Source of the DNA: Pristiophorus japonicus | Lineage: Eukaryota | Direction of reading: 5' to 3' | DNA: 64,000 bases | NCBI RefSeq assembly: GCF_044704955.1 | Contig: NC_091992.1 | Coordinates: forward strand, 46,252,001-46,316,000 | Part shown: one piece after another, positions 12,647 to 25,626 of the stretch | How the letters are laid out: each line of letters begins with the position of its first letter | Numbering within the stretch: position 1 is the first letter of the stretch | Position numbers and translations under genes: made by a program | Notes under the pieces: generated by a model | Database searches by the model: none | The model's input: the letters and a program-made list of their open reading frames with translations, nothing else | What the model was told of the DNA's origin: nothing

Positions 12647-14265
12647 ATTAACAATCTCTCAGGCATCCCATCACTGACGTCCTGAGATCATGAATGGCAC
12701 TATATAAATGAGAGTTCTTTCTTTCTTAATGCTTTTCTTCAAACATATACCAATGTTCTAAGTACTTGCAGGCGAGTGCCTCTTTAAATAGTCATCCAAA
12801 TGCTATATCTGGCCTACATCACCCATTCTACTGGGTGGGTCCAGTTCTCAGTGGATCTTTCGCAATTTGTTCTGAAAATGGTACCTCTGTCCTATTAACA
12901 TCAGAAGACCCTGAGTTTACTACTTTAGTGAGGCTCCAGCCAGAAACAGCTGAACCAGGGCCGCTCTGGTCAAATCCCTAAAGAAAATGGCAACAGATGG
13001 AACAGGAGCGGGAATGGTGCAGTAAGTTCTGATTTTTCAAGGCAGTACAACTCCTTCGATTGGGCAGAGCCTTAGAATCGAGACGGTGGGCTCTGACGTT
13101 CTGCTGCTAGACATACATTGATACAAAAATACTATTAGAGGTGGTATATATATTACTGCAGCAGCAAACTGAATTACCATAATATTGTAAATAATTGTAT
13201 GTTGTTAATAATTGTATCTTTAATAAATATCAATTGCTTTACAAGCTTTACCTCAGGCTATAGTGAAGATAGCCTCAATTCATAGTTTTACAATATGCAT
13301 TAATAATTTATGTTAACATAATTCTAATTGCTGAAGTGAAATATACTACTTTTCTCACTTCTGCCTCCAGTGTCTTTTTCCCTTATCTGCAAACTGTACA
13401 AATGCAGACTGGAATCTTTCAGCATGCTACCCATGCACCCTGCTGCTTTCATTATATCGATTTCGGGCATGTTCAGTCACATGTGGTACCATTTTGTGTT
13501 GAAGGTCCCTTTGTCTTTAATATAACGATACAGAGGGTGTCCTGACTTGAGCCGGCTGCAACAGAGAAATTATTCCCTCCTCTTAAATGTTATAAGAACA
13601 TAAGAAATAGGAACAGGAGTAGGCCATACGGCCCCTCGAGCCTGCTCCGCCATTCAATAAGATCATGGCTGATCCGATCATGGACTCAGCTCCACTTCCC
13701 TGCCTGCTTCCCATAACCCCTTATTGTTTAAGAAACTGTCTATTTCTGTCTTAAATTTATTCAATGTCCTGCTTCCACAGCTCTCTGAGGCAGCGAATTC
13801 CACAGATTTACAACCCTCAGAAGAAATTTCTCCTCACCTCTGTTTTAAAAGGGCAGCCCCTTATTCGAACATCATGCCCTCTAGTTCTAGTCTCCCCCAT
13901 CAGTGGAAACATCCTCTCTGCATCCACCTTTTCAAGCCCCCTCATAATCTTATACATTTCAATAAGATCGCCTCTCATTCTTCTGAATTCCAATGAGTAG
14001 CGGCCCAACCTACTCAACCTTTTCTCACAAGTCAACCCCCCATCCCCAGAATCAACCTAGTGAACCTTCTCTGAACTGCCTCCAAAGCAAGTATATCCTT
14101 TCGTAAATATGGAAACCAAAACTGCACGCAGTATTCCAGGTGTGGCCTCACCAATACCTTATAAAGCCATAGTAAGACTTCCCTGCTTTTATACTCCATC
14201 CCCTTTGCAATAAAGGCCAAGATTCCTTTGGCCTTCCTGATCACTTGCTGTACCTGCAGACTATC

Positions 14266-14476
14266 TGTTGTGTATCTGTAAAGCATGCACTCCCATGTTC
14301 CGCCACCAGGGAGTGCATCCCCTGAAGTTCCAAGGGATCCCAGCATCCCTTGGGAGCACTGCATATAAGCCGGCCCTGAAGGCCTGTTCCTCACTCTGGA
14401 GTATCTTAATAAAGACTGAGGTCACTGTTACTTTAACCTCCCTGTGTGCAGTCTCATCTGTGTTAGGAACACAATA
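14266..14476 (+). repeat. 5' LTR (TG...TA)
   Basis: About 12 substitutions over 211 bp relative to 18631-18841. Confidence 0.95.
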
Positions 14477-14508
14477 ACTGCCGACGAGTATACGAATCCA
14501 ATGCAAAG

Positions 14509-17500
14509 ATGCAGCAAACTGTGGGCATCCTGGAGAAGTTCTCGGAGGGTGAGGACTGGGAAGCCTATGTCGAACGGCTAGACCAGTACTTTGTAGCCAA
14601 CGAGCTGGACGGAGAAGGAAGCGCTGTAAAAAGGAGAGCGGTCCTCCTCACAGTCTGCGGGGCACCGACCTACAGCCTCATGAAGAATCTTCTGGCTCCG
14701 GTGAAACCCACAGATAAGTCGTATGAGGAGCTGTGTACACTGGTTCGGGAGCACCTCAACCTGAGGGAGAGCGTGCTGATGGCGAGGTATCGGTTCTACA
14801 CGTGCCAGCGATCTGAAGGTCAGGAAGTGGCGAGCGACATCGCCGAGCTCAGGCGACTTGCAGGACAATGTGAGTTTGATGGTGACCTGGAGCAAATGCT
14901 CAGAGACTTTTTTGTACTGGGTATTGGCCATGAAACCATCCTACGAAAACTTTTGACTGTAGAGACACCGACCCTCAGTAAGGCCATTGCGATAGCACAG
15001 GCGTTTATGTCCACCAGTGATAACATCAAACAAATCTCTCAGCACACAAGTGCTAGCAATGTTCATAAATTAACTGGAACTGTGTTTGCGAACAGAAACG
15101 TTCAGGGCAGAAATCACGAGTCTGCAACTGCCAGCAGGCCTCAGGTGACCCAGGTGACTCAGAGTCCGCAACAAAGGATGAATGCAAGGCAATTCACACC
15201 TTGTTGGCGTTGAGGTTTCCATTCAACCTATTCATGCCGCTTCAAAGGGTATGTTTGCAAGAGCTGTGGAACAATGGGGCACCTCCAACGAGCTTGCAGA
15301 CAAGCTGTTAGCTCTGCAAAACCTGCTAACCACCACGTGGCAGAGGAAGATCGGTCCATGGTGGATCAAAGCAATTTCGAGCCTCAGAGAGGAGGCAGAT
15401 GCTGAAGTACACGGGGTGCACACATTTGATGAAATGTTCGCCTATAATGCTAAATGTAAAATTGAATGGCTTACCCATAGCCATGGAACTGGACACTGGT
15501 ACTAGCCAATCCATCATGAGTAAAAAGATGTTTGAGAGACTGGTGCAACAAGGCACTCAGACCAGCCCTGAGCCCCATCCACACGAAACTGAGAACATAC
15601 ACCAAAGAGATTATCACTGTCCTGGGCAGTGCCATGGTCAAGGTCACCTACGAGGGCACGGTGCATGAACTGCCACTTTGGATTGTCCCGGGCGATGACC
15701 CCACACTGCTTCGAAGGAGCTGGCTGGGCAAAATCTGCTGGAACTGGGATGACGTCCGAGCGCTATCACATGTCGATGACGCCTCATGTACCCAGGTTCT
15801 TAACAAATTTCCTTCCCTTTTTGAGCCAGGCATTGGAAACTTTTCTGGGGCGAAGGTGCGGATCCATTTGGTCCCAGAGGCACGACCCATTCACCACAAG
15901 GCGTGAGCGGTACCTCACATGATGAAGGAGAGAGTGAAAATCGAGCTGGACAGGCTGCAACGCGAGGGCATCATCTCCCCAGTGGAATTCAGCCAGTGGG
16001 CCAGCCCGATTGTTCCAGTACTCAAAAGTGATGGCACGGACAGGATTTGCGGTGATTATAAAGTAACTATTAATCGTTTCTCGTTACAGGACCAATAGCC
16101 GCTACCTAAGGCAGACGACCTATTTGCAACGCTGGCAGGAGGCAAGACGTTCACCAAGCTCGACCTGACTTCAGCCTACATGACGCAGGAGCTGGAGGAG
16201 TCTTCGAAGGGCTCACCTGCATCAACATGCACAAGGGACTGTTCATCTACAACAGATGCCCATTTGGAATTCGGTCGGCTGCAGCGATCTTCTAGAGAAA
16301 CATGGAGAGCTGACTCAAGCCGGTACTATGCATGGTGGTTTTTCAGGACGACATATTGGTCATGGGTCGGGACACCATTGAACACCTACAAAACCTGGAG
16401 GAGGTCCTCCAGCGACTGGATCGCGTAGGGCTGCGGCTGAAGAGGTCAAAATGCGTCTTCACGGCAACAGAAGTGGAGTTTTTGGGGAGAAAGATCGCGG
16501 CGGATGCCAAGACAGAGGCTATCAGGAACGCGCCCAGGCCACAGAACGTCATGGAGCTGCGGTAGTTCCTGGGACTCCAACTATTTTGTTAACTTCCTAC
16601 CGGGGTTAAGCACCCACTTAGAGCCCCCTACATATGTTATTGCGTAAAGGTGAGAACTGGGTATAGGGGGAAAAAGCAAGTAATTGCTTTTGAGAAAGCT
16701 AGAAACATTTTATGCTCCAACAAGCTGCTTGTATTGTATAACTCGTGTAAAAGACTTGTGCTTGCATGTGATACGTCGTTGTATGGGGTTGGATGTGTAT
16801 TACAACAAGCTAATGTTGCCGGGAAGTTGCAGCCTGTCGCCTATGCCTCCAGCAGCTTGTCTAAGGCCAAGAGGGCCTACAGCATGATTAAGAGGCATTA
16901 GCGTGTGTGTTTGGGGTAAAGAAAATGCATCAGTACCTGTTTGGCCTCAAATTTGAGCTGGAAACCGATCACATGCCCCTCACATCCCTGTTTGCTGAAA
17001 ACAAGGGGATAAATACTAATGCCTCAGCCCACATACAAAGGTGGGCACTCACGCCATCAGCGTATAACTATACCATCCGCCACAGGCCAGGCACCGATAA
17101 CTGTGCAGATGCTCTAAGTCGACTACCATTGCCCACCACGGGGGTGGAAATGGCAAAGCCTGCAAACTTGTTGATGGTGGCACAGCCCGCAGACTTGATG
17201 ATGGTCATGGAAGCATTTGAAAATGATAAATCACCTGTCACAGCCCGCCAGATTAGGACTTGGACCAGCCAAGATCTTCTGCTGTCCCTTGTAAAAAACA
17301 GTATTGCATGGGAGCTGGGCCAGCATCCCCCTTGAAATGCAAGAGCTAATCAAGCTGTTCCAGCGGCGAAAGGACTAGCTGTCCATTCAGGCAGACTGCC
17401 TGTTGTGGGGTAACCGCGTAGTGCTACCCAAAAAGGGCAGGGAGACGTTCATCTCGGATCTCCACAGCGCACACCCGGGTATAGTAATGATGAAAGCGAT

Positions 17501-18597
17501 AGCCAGATCCCACGTGTGGTGGCCCAGTATTGACTCTGACTTAGAGTCCTGTGTACGGCAATGCAGTGTGTATGCTCAGTTGAGCAACGTGTCCAGAGAG
17601 GCACCACTAAGTTTGTGGTCCTGGCCCTCCAGACCATGGTCGAGGATCCATGTTGACTATGCAGGCCCGTTTCTCGGTAAAATGTTCCTGGTGGTGGCGG
17701 ATGCTTTTTCAAATGGATTGAATGTGAAATAATGTCGGGAAGCACCGCCACCGCCACCATTGAAAGCCTGAGGGCCATGTTTGCCACCCACAGCCTGCCT
17801 GACATACTGGTCAGTGACAACAGGCCATGTTTCACCAGTGCCGAATTTAAAGAATTCATGACCCGCAGTGGGATCAAACATGTCACCTCGGCCCTGTTTA
17901 AACCAGCCTCCAATGGGCAGGCAGAGCGGGCAGTACAAACAATCAAACAGAGCATTAAATGAGTCACAGAAGGTTCACTCCAAACCCGCCTGTCCCGAGT
18001 ACTGCTCAGTTACCGCATGAGACCCCACTCGCTCGCAGAGATGCCCCCGGCTGAGCTACTCATGAAAAGGACACTTAATACCAGACTCTCGCTGGTTCAC
18101 CCCAACCTGCATGATCAGGTAGAGAACAGGCGGCAGCAACAAAATGTAAACGATGGTTGCGCCACTGTGTCACGGGAAATTGATCTGAATGACCCTGTGC
18201 ATGTGCTAAACTATGGACATGGTCCCAAGTGGATCACGGGCACGGTGATAGCTAAAGAAGGGAGTCGGGTGTTTGTGGTCAAACTAGACAATGGACAAAT
18301 TTGCAGAAAGCACCTGGACCAAACGAGGCTGCAGTTCACGGATGGCCCTGAACAACCCACAGCAAACACCACCTTTTTCGAACCCACAACACACACCCAA
18401 AGGATCAACGACACCACCCCGGACCAGGAAATCGAACCCATCACGCTCAACAGCCCAGCAAGGCCAGGCTCACCCAGCAGCCCTGCAGGGCCAACAACAT
18501 GCCAGCCCAGCGAGGGCACAGCCAACACACCAGAATAGACATTTGTACCAAGGCGGTCCACCAGGGAAAAAAGGCTCCCGACCGTCTCACCTTGTAA
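14509..18597 (+). pseudogene. gag-pol pseudogene (gag, double zinc knuckle, PR LDTG, RT FQDD, RH, IN)
   Basis: ORFs 14509-15213, 15399-15906, 16332-16565, 16650-17335, 17403-17962 and 18017-18538, separated by stops and frameshifts. Confidence 0.92.
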
Positions 18598-18630
18598 ATA
18601 GTTGTCACTTTGACTTTGGGGCGGGAGTGG

Positions 18631-18841
18631 TGTTGTGTATTTGTAAAGCATGCACTTCCCTGTTCTGCCACCAGGGAGTGCATCCCCTGAAGTCCCAAAG
18701 GATCCCAGCATCCCTTGGGAGCACTGTATATAAGCTGGCCCCTAAGGCCTGTTCCTCACTCTGGAGTGTCTTGATAAAGACTGAGGTCACTGTTACTTTA
18801 ACCTCCCTGTGTGCAGTCTCATCTGTGTTAGGAACACAATA
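18631..18841 (+). repeat. 3' LTR (TG...TA)
   Basis: Direct repeat of 14266-14476, immediately followed by the TSD CTATC. Confidence 0.95.
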
Positions 18842-21013
18842 CTATCCTTTTGTGTTTCATGCACAAGTACCCCCAGGTCCCGCTGTACTGCAGCACTTTG
18901 CTATCTTTCTCCATTTAAATAATATCTTGCTCTTTGATTTTTTTTCTGCCAATGTGCATGACTTCACACTTTCCAACATTATACTCCATCTGCCAAATTT
19001 TTGCCCACTCACTTAGCCTGTCAATGTCCTTTTGCAAATTTTTTGTGTCCTCCTCACACATTGCTTTTCCTCCCATCTTTGTATCGTTAGCAAACTTGGC
19101 TACGTTACACTCAGTCCCTTCTTCCAAGTCGTCAATATAGATTGTAAATAGTTGGAGTCCCAGCACTGATCCCTGCGGCACCCCACTAGTTACTGGTTGC
19201 CAACCAGAGAATGAACCATTTATCCCAACTCTCTGTTCTGTTAGTTAGCCAATCCTTTATTCATGCTAATATATTACCCCCAACCCCATGAACTTTTATC
19301 TTGTGCAGTAAGCTTTTATGTGGCACCTTGTCAAATGCTTTCTGGAAGTTCAAATACACCACATCCATCTAATTTTCACCTAATGCGTGCATTAAGAACA
19401 ATACTTGAATGTAATGTGATATAGTGTGCACCAATATGGATGAAACTCATTATATTCGTGGATGACGTCTCCACATACTCATTTTAACTTGCACTTTATG
19501 ATATATTAAAATAACAAACTTCAATCGTGCTGACTTTAGTCTGCAGGCGTCGATAAAGTCCTGGGTTGAATGTGACTGCTGACTCTATTAGCATATGCCA
19601 TGTAATTATTTGGAATTTGCAGTGTGTCTAATCTTAATTGGATCTTTCTCCTCTCAATAATTGGCTAACTTGCTGTTTTTACTCTACCATTTAAATGATT
19701 TACCCTCAAGGTATTAATGCTACCCAAAGTTAGCTCATAGTTAAGTCAGTGTAAAAACTGTTGTTGGTCAGGAGAGAACTCCATTAGAGACTGGGAGAGA
19801 GCCTGCAAGAAACAAGCTGAATAAGCAGAGTTATTGAGAGAACTCTATCATTGAAGAGACAGAGAGAAATGGTTAAAGGGTACAAGAAAGAAAGAGACAG
19901 AAAGGATGAACAGAGTGAGAGGCGGCATGTGTAAGTGAGAAAAACAAAGGAGAGAGTTGAATGAAGAGATGTCGGGTCATATTTATTCATTTTCTTACCC
20001 AGGGTGTCCTGTTGAATTGAAAATTGAATTTTAAACATTACTTTTAGCAGAATTGCTTGAGATACATATTAAACACCATACTGAGCAATTACCGCTCGTG
20101 AACTAAAAACACCAATTTAGTCAATTACTGAGGTGCACCATATTAACTTTAGTTAGATTGCCACTTTTGGATAATTTGAAGCATTTATACTACCAGCACA
20201 GTACATCACAATCCAACTGCTTGCTATCACAGTAATGGACTCCAGTCAATGGGCCCAATTTTCCCCAAAGCTTTTTTTTGGCGTACTTGGAGTTTTTTGG
20301 GGGGCCCAAGTACGGCAAAAAAAAATGTTCTAAGTTTCCCCGTTTGATTTCTTCATTTTGGCGCAGCCTAACTCGTCCTTTAGTTTTGGGGGTGGAGCCT
20401 TGATCTGCGCCAAAAAGATCGGGTTGCCACGGTAACCAGAGACACAATGTGGGCTGAGGCTACAAAATGAAACATACAGCCAGCTCGCAACACATTACGA
20501 CACATTGCATCAACTTAAAAACACGTTAAAATACACTGCAGCAACTTACCTCCAATTATTAAAGTACTCCCCCTCCCGATGCCAGTGCCAATCACAGCCC
20601 CTATCCTCGGCCAAAGGGCCTCCCGGTCTGCTTTCCCCGCCTGCCCCGAGCCTCGAGCCCCTTGCCGATGCCAGTCCCACTCACCACCCGACCCTAACGT
20701 CGAGTGCCTTGCCGGTCTGCTTCCTTAGCCCACCCCCAGCCCCTTGCCGATGCCGGTCCAGCTACAGCTTCCCCACCCCCAGCTCCGAGTGCCTTGCCGG
20801 TCCCGCCCCTATCCCAGGTTGAACGGCTTCCCAGTCCGCTCTCCCGCACCTAGCCCAGGCCGAATGGCCTCCTCCCTCCCGGTCCTCTCTCTCTCCCCCC
20901 CCCACTCTCTCTCCACCCCACCGCTTTCTTCTCCTCCTCTCTCTCATACCTTTCCTGCTGCTGCTGTCTGGGCATTTGCTGCACTTACCTTCGCCGATTT
21001 CCTTAACTCTTCA

Positions 21014-21260
21014 TAATATGTCCTTACTATACAGTATAAATGCACACAAGGCCCATACTTGAGAGAAAGTCACTCTGTGACCAGTAACCTTTATTCGCCA
21101 GCACTGAAGTGGAGAAGATGGGTGGAGCTTCCCCTTTTATACCTGAAAGTCCAGGTTTGGAGTGTCTCCCACAAGTTCACCACCTAGTGGTCAGTGTTCT
21201 CACGGTGTACAACTTAGGTCAGTTTATACATGGATTACAATGACAGTAAAATACATGACA
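21014..21260 (-). repeat. 3' LTR (TG...TA)
   Basis: About 14 substitutions over 247 bp relative to 25061-25307. Confidence 0.95.
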
Positions 21261-24200
21261 TCACCTCCCCCCCGCCCAAAGTCTTATTGGGATCACAGAT
21301 TAAGTCTCTCTGTGGGTTTATGCTCCCTGAGTTGGGGCTCCGGTTGTTGGGTGCTGGCCTGAGTGTCTGCTGTTTGCGGTGCCTCAGGCCTGTCCAGACT
21401 GCCCACAGTGACTGGGCTCTCCTCCACTTGGTTCCTATGTTCGGTCACCTGTGGTGGAGTGAACTCTACATCGTGTTCTTCCTCTGCTCTATCCGGTTGC
21501 TGAACCTCCTTTTTTTTGATCCACGTGTTTGCGGCAGATTTGTCCATTGGTAAGTTTAACTACCAGAATCCTATTCCCCTCTTTAGCAATCACAGTGCCT
21601 GCAATCCATTTGGGCCCTGCAGCATAGTTGAGGACAAAGACAGGGTCATTGACATCAATACATCGCGCCCTCGCATTCCCGTCATGGTAGTCACATTGCG
21701 ACTGGCGCTTGCTCGCAACAATTTCTTTCATTGTGGGGTGTATAAGGGATAACCTGGTTTTGAGCGTCCTTCTCATTAGCAGCTCTGCGGGTGGGACCTC
21801 TGTGAGCGAGTGTGGTCGAGATCTATTGGTCAACAGGAGGCGTGATAAGCGGCTTTGTAGGGAACCCCCTTGGATTCTGAGCATCCCCTGTTTGATTATC
21901 TGCTCTGATTGTTCTGCCTGGCCGTTTGAGGCCGGCTTGAACAGTGCCGTTCTGACATGGTTGATACCATTTCCTGCCATGAAGTCCTGGAATTCAATGC
22001 TTGTAAAGCACGGGCCATTGTCGCTGACCAAGACGTCCGGTAGATCATGGGCGGCGAACATTGCCCGTAGACTTTCTACCATGGCAGAATTGATTTGAGA
22101 ATGTCACACTCGATCCATTTGGAGTAGGCGTCTACCACAACCAAAAACATTTTTCCCATGAAAGGACCTGCGTAGTCCACATGGATGCGTGACCATGGCT
22201 TGGCGGGCCAAGACCAGGGGCTAAGGGGGGCTTCCCTGGGCGCATTGCCCAGCTGGGCACACGTGTTTCACCTGCGAACACAAAGTTCCAGGTCTGCCTC
22301 TATCCCTGGCCACCAAACGTGTGACCTGGCAATTGCCTTCATCATGACAATGCCCGGGTGCTCATTGTGGAGTTCTTGGATGAACGATTCTCTGCCCATC
22401 TGGGGCATGACTACTCGGTTTCCCCACAGTAGGCAATCGGCCTGAATCGAGAGTTACTGGTGCTTTTTTTTTACTGCACATACACATGCAAGCGCTTTCT
22501 TTTCTACCATCCCTTGGCCTCTTTCTGCCTGGGACAGACATCTGGAGGCATAAGCTACCGGCTGTAACTGACCCTTGGCATTGACATGCTGCAACACACA
22601 CCCGACCCCATAGGACGACGCAAGTTTCTTACACGGGTCATATAGCGTTAACAGATTGTTGGAACATAACAAATTGCGTGCTCTATTAAAAGCCCTTTCC
22701 TGGTTGTCCCCCCAGACCCATTCGCGACCTTTGCGTAGGAGCACGTGTAGCGGCTCTAGCAGCGTGCTCAATTTGGGAAGAAAGTTGCCAAAATAGTTCA
22801 GGAGCCCCAGGAACGAACGCAGCTCCGTCGTGTTACGGGGTCTGGGTGCTCTCTGGATCGCTTCCGTTTTGGACACAGTAGGTCTGATTCTGTCTGCTGC
22901 TACCCCTCATCCCCAGGAATTCTACCTCTGGAGCTAGGAAGACGCACTTCGCCTTTTTCAGTCGCAGCTCTACCCGGTCCAGTCTGCATAGCACCTCCTC
23001 CAGGTTGTGGAGGTGTTCTTCAGTATCGCAACCCGTGATGAGGATGTCGTCTTAAAAAAACACCATCCTTGGAATCGACTAGAGGAGACTTTCCATGTTT
23101 CGTTGAAAGATCGCGGCGGCCGAGCGAATCCCGAACGGACATCTGTTGTACTCGAACAATCCCTTGTGTGTCGTGATGGTGGTCAGCTTCTTCGACTCAC
23201 TCGCCAGCTCCTGGGTCATGTAAGCTGAGGTCAGGTCCAATTTTGTAAAAGGTTTGCCATCGGATAGCGTCGCAATGAGGTCCTCCGCTCTCAGTAGCAG
23301 ATACTGGTCTTGGAGTGACACCCGATTGATGGTGGCCTTGTAATCGCCACATATCCTGACTGACCCATCCGCCTTGAGCACCGGCACAATCGGGCTCGCC
23401 CAGTCACTGAATTCGATTGGCGAGATGATGACTTCCCTCAGCAGGCGGTCCAATTCGCCTTCTATCTTTTCCCGCATCACGTACAGCACCGCTCTGGCCT
23501 TGTGGTGTACTGGCCTGGCGTCCGGGTTTATGTGAATCACTACCTTGGTCCCCATGAAAGTGCCAATGCCGGGTTGAAATAGTGAGTCAAATTTGTCCAG
23601 GACCTGTGAGCATGATACTCGCTCCACAGAGAAGAAATTGCATTGACATCGCCCCATTTCCAGTTCATGACAGCAAGCCAATTCCTCCCCAGTAGTGCGG
23701 GACTGTCCCCTGGGACAATCCAGAGTGGCAACCTGTTCTCCGAATCTTCATGGGTCACGACTACCGTGGCACTACCTAGCACCGGAAAGATTTCCTTTGT
23801 AATTGTCCGTAGCTGTGCGTCAGTTGGCAATAATTTTGGCCTCCTGGCCTTGGACGGCCACAACTTGTCGAACTGTTTGATACTCATCAGGGACTGGCTG
23901 GCCCCTGTGTCGAGCTGCATTGATACTGGGATGCCATTGAGGAGCACTTTCATCATTATTGGTGGCGTCCTGGTGTATGAACTGTATATGTGCTCCACAT
24001 GAACTCGCTGAACTTCAGCTTCCAGCGATTTCCCCATGTTCAATTGGCCTTGTAGGGCTTACATCAGGCCCGTCCTCCTCGTACATCAACCTGGCTGCAG
24101 GCTTCCTGCTCATACGCGCCAAGCGACTGCTGACATTGCAATTTCTGCACGTTTATTGCTGATACCTGCAAGCTCTAGCTGTGTTTTTGCCTCCACATCT

Positions 24201-25060
24201 CCAACATGAGCTGTTGTTGGAAACAAAAGGTCCATTACCAGTCGATCGTCTCTGACTGTCTCTGTAACTGTCCTTAAACGCACCATTGACAGGTGTTGAT
24301 GGCCCCATTACTGGCCGCATTGTCCATTGCGATGGCATGAATCGCCGTTCAGCTAGCCATTGTCTCTGTTGAATTCCCCCTTTGGGTTCGACTACATGCT
24401 GGGGCATGTCCGATTGTCCCTGTCTGCCTGGAGAACTGTGTGCCACGTTAACAATGTTGACTCCCTGTCCATTTGTTGCATTTAAACCAAGATTTTTGTC
24501 AAACATCATTCTGGTCTCTTCCTCCCCTGAGATAAATGTCTGGGCCATCAAAGCCGCCGTTTCCGGGGTCAAATCTTTGGTCTCAATCAGTTTCCTGGAA
24601 ACCCCAGCGTGCCCGATGCCCTCAATAAAAAAGTCTCGCAGCATCTCTGCTCTGCCTGCATCTGGGAACTTACATAGGCTCGCCAGTCACCGGAGGTCTG
24701 CCACAAAGTCTGGAACGCTTTGCCCTTCTCGCCGCCGGTGCATGTAAAACCGGTGTCTCGCTATGTGCATGCTGCTCGCCGGTTTAAAGTGTTCCCCGAT
24801 CAACTTACTGAGCTCTTCAAAAGTCTTGTCCGCTGGCTTCTCTGGCGCTAGAAGGTCCTTCATCAGGGAGTATGTCCTGGATCCATAAGGAGATGAGCCC
24901 TGCGGTTGTTGGCCGAATCCTGTCCCAACCATTCCTTGGTGACAAAACTTTGCTGTAGTCTCTCAATAAAATCGTCCCAATCATCACCGACACAGTACCT
25001 CTCTTCTGTACTGCTGGTGGCCATACTCGCGTGGTTTAAATCCCAGTTTCTTGTCGCCAA

Positions 25061-25307
25061 TAATATGTCCTTACTATACAGTATAAATGCACACGAGGCC
25101 TGTAATTTAGAGAAGGTCACTCTGTGACCCGTAAACTTTATTCGCCAGCACTGAAGTGGAGAAGATGGGTGGAGCTTCCCCTTTTATACCTGAAAGTCCA
25201 GTTTAGGAGTGTCTCCCACAAGTTCACCACCTAGTGGTCAGTGATCTCATGGTGTACAACTTAGGTCAGTTTATACATGGGTTACAATGACAGTAGAATA
25301 CATGACA
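25061..25307 (-). repeat. 5' LTR (TG...TA)
   Basis: Direct repeat of 21014-21260, adjacent to the PBS. Confidence 0.95.
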
Positions 25308-25626
25308 CTTCAGAAGGTTTTTCTGCAGAGGCCACATACATTGGCCTAAGTAGAACGGGAGTAACTCTCAGCTGGCCAAACTTCCCTAAATGATCAGAAT
25401 TGGCACGGGTGGCAGGTTACACATCCTTTGGCTGAAACAAATGTAGCTAAAAAAAAATCGTAACTGAGATACGCTGGTGCACATTGATTGGGGAAACTGT
25501 GTTTGTTTAACTTAAGCCAAAAAAAGCAGCCCTTTCCAAAAAAACGGTGCAAATCACTGGGGAAAATTGAGCCCATTTAACATATTAAAATTCATTTAAT
25601 TTTATTAAAATCAGATCCGCAATATA

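Larger units (their letters stand above)
14266..18841 (+). mobile_element. Full-length Mag-like Gypsy LTR retrotransposon (4576 bp), decayed gag-pol
   Basis: 211-bp LTRs at 14266-14476 and 18631-18841; TSD CTATC (14261-14265, 18842-18846); PBS TGCCGACGAG at 14479-14488; PPT GGGGCGGGAGTGG before 18631. Confidence 0.97.
13592..19367 (-). mobile_element. CR1 LINE 3' part (13592-14265 plus 18847-19367) split by the Gypsy insertion
   Basis: ORFs 13817-14035, 14032-14394 (part) and 18915-19181 (PQGSVLG, KFANDTK); the CR1 sequence is continuous once the element and one CTATC copy are removed. Confidence 0.93.
21014..25307 (-). mobile_element. Mag-like Gypsy LTR retrotransposon with both LTRs (4294 bp, internal RH/IN deletion)
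   Basis: 247-bp LTRs at 25061-25307 and 21014-21260; TSD CTTCA (21009-21013, 25308-25312); PBS TGGCGACAAG near 25050-25059 (-); PPT at 21261-21277; ORFs for gag (24153-25023), PR (23540-24043, LDTGA), RT (23079-23681), RH (22454-22876) and IN (21489-22082). Confidence 0.97.
20251..25574. mobile_element. Harbinger-type MITE (about 1 kb: 20251-21013 plus 25313-25574) split by a Gypsy insertion
   Basis: 17-bp TIRs GGGCCCAATTTTCCCCA / TGGGGAAAATTGAGCCC (1 mismatch); flanks AAT and ATT. Confidence 0.8.

Noticed and set aside
13355-13556. Minus-strand exon (acceptor TTTCTCTGTTGCAG, donor GTGAGA)
   Set aside because: All three frames contain stops and no recognisable peptide emerges.
18291-19016. 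241-aa ORF after integrase as a possible env or accessory gene
   Set aside because: It is an alternative-frame read-through across the integrase tail, the LTR and antisense CR1, with no coherent domain.
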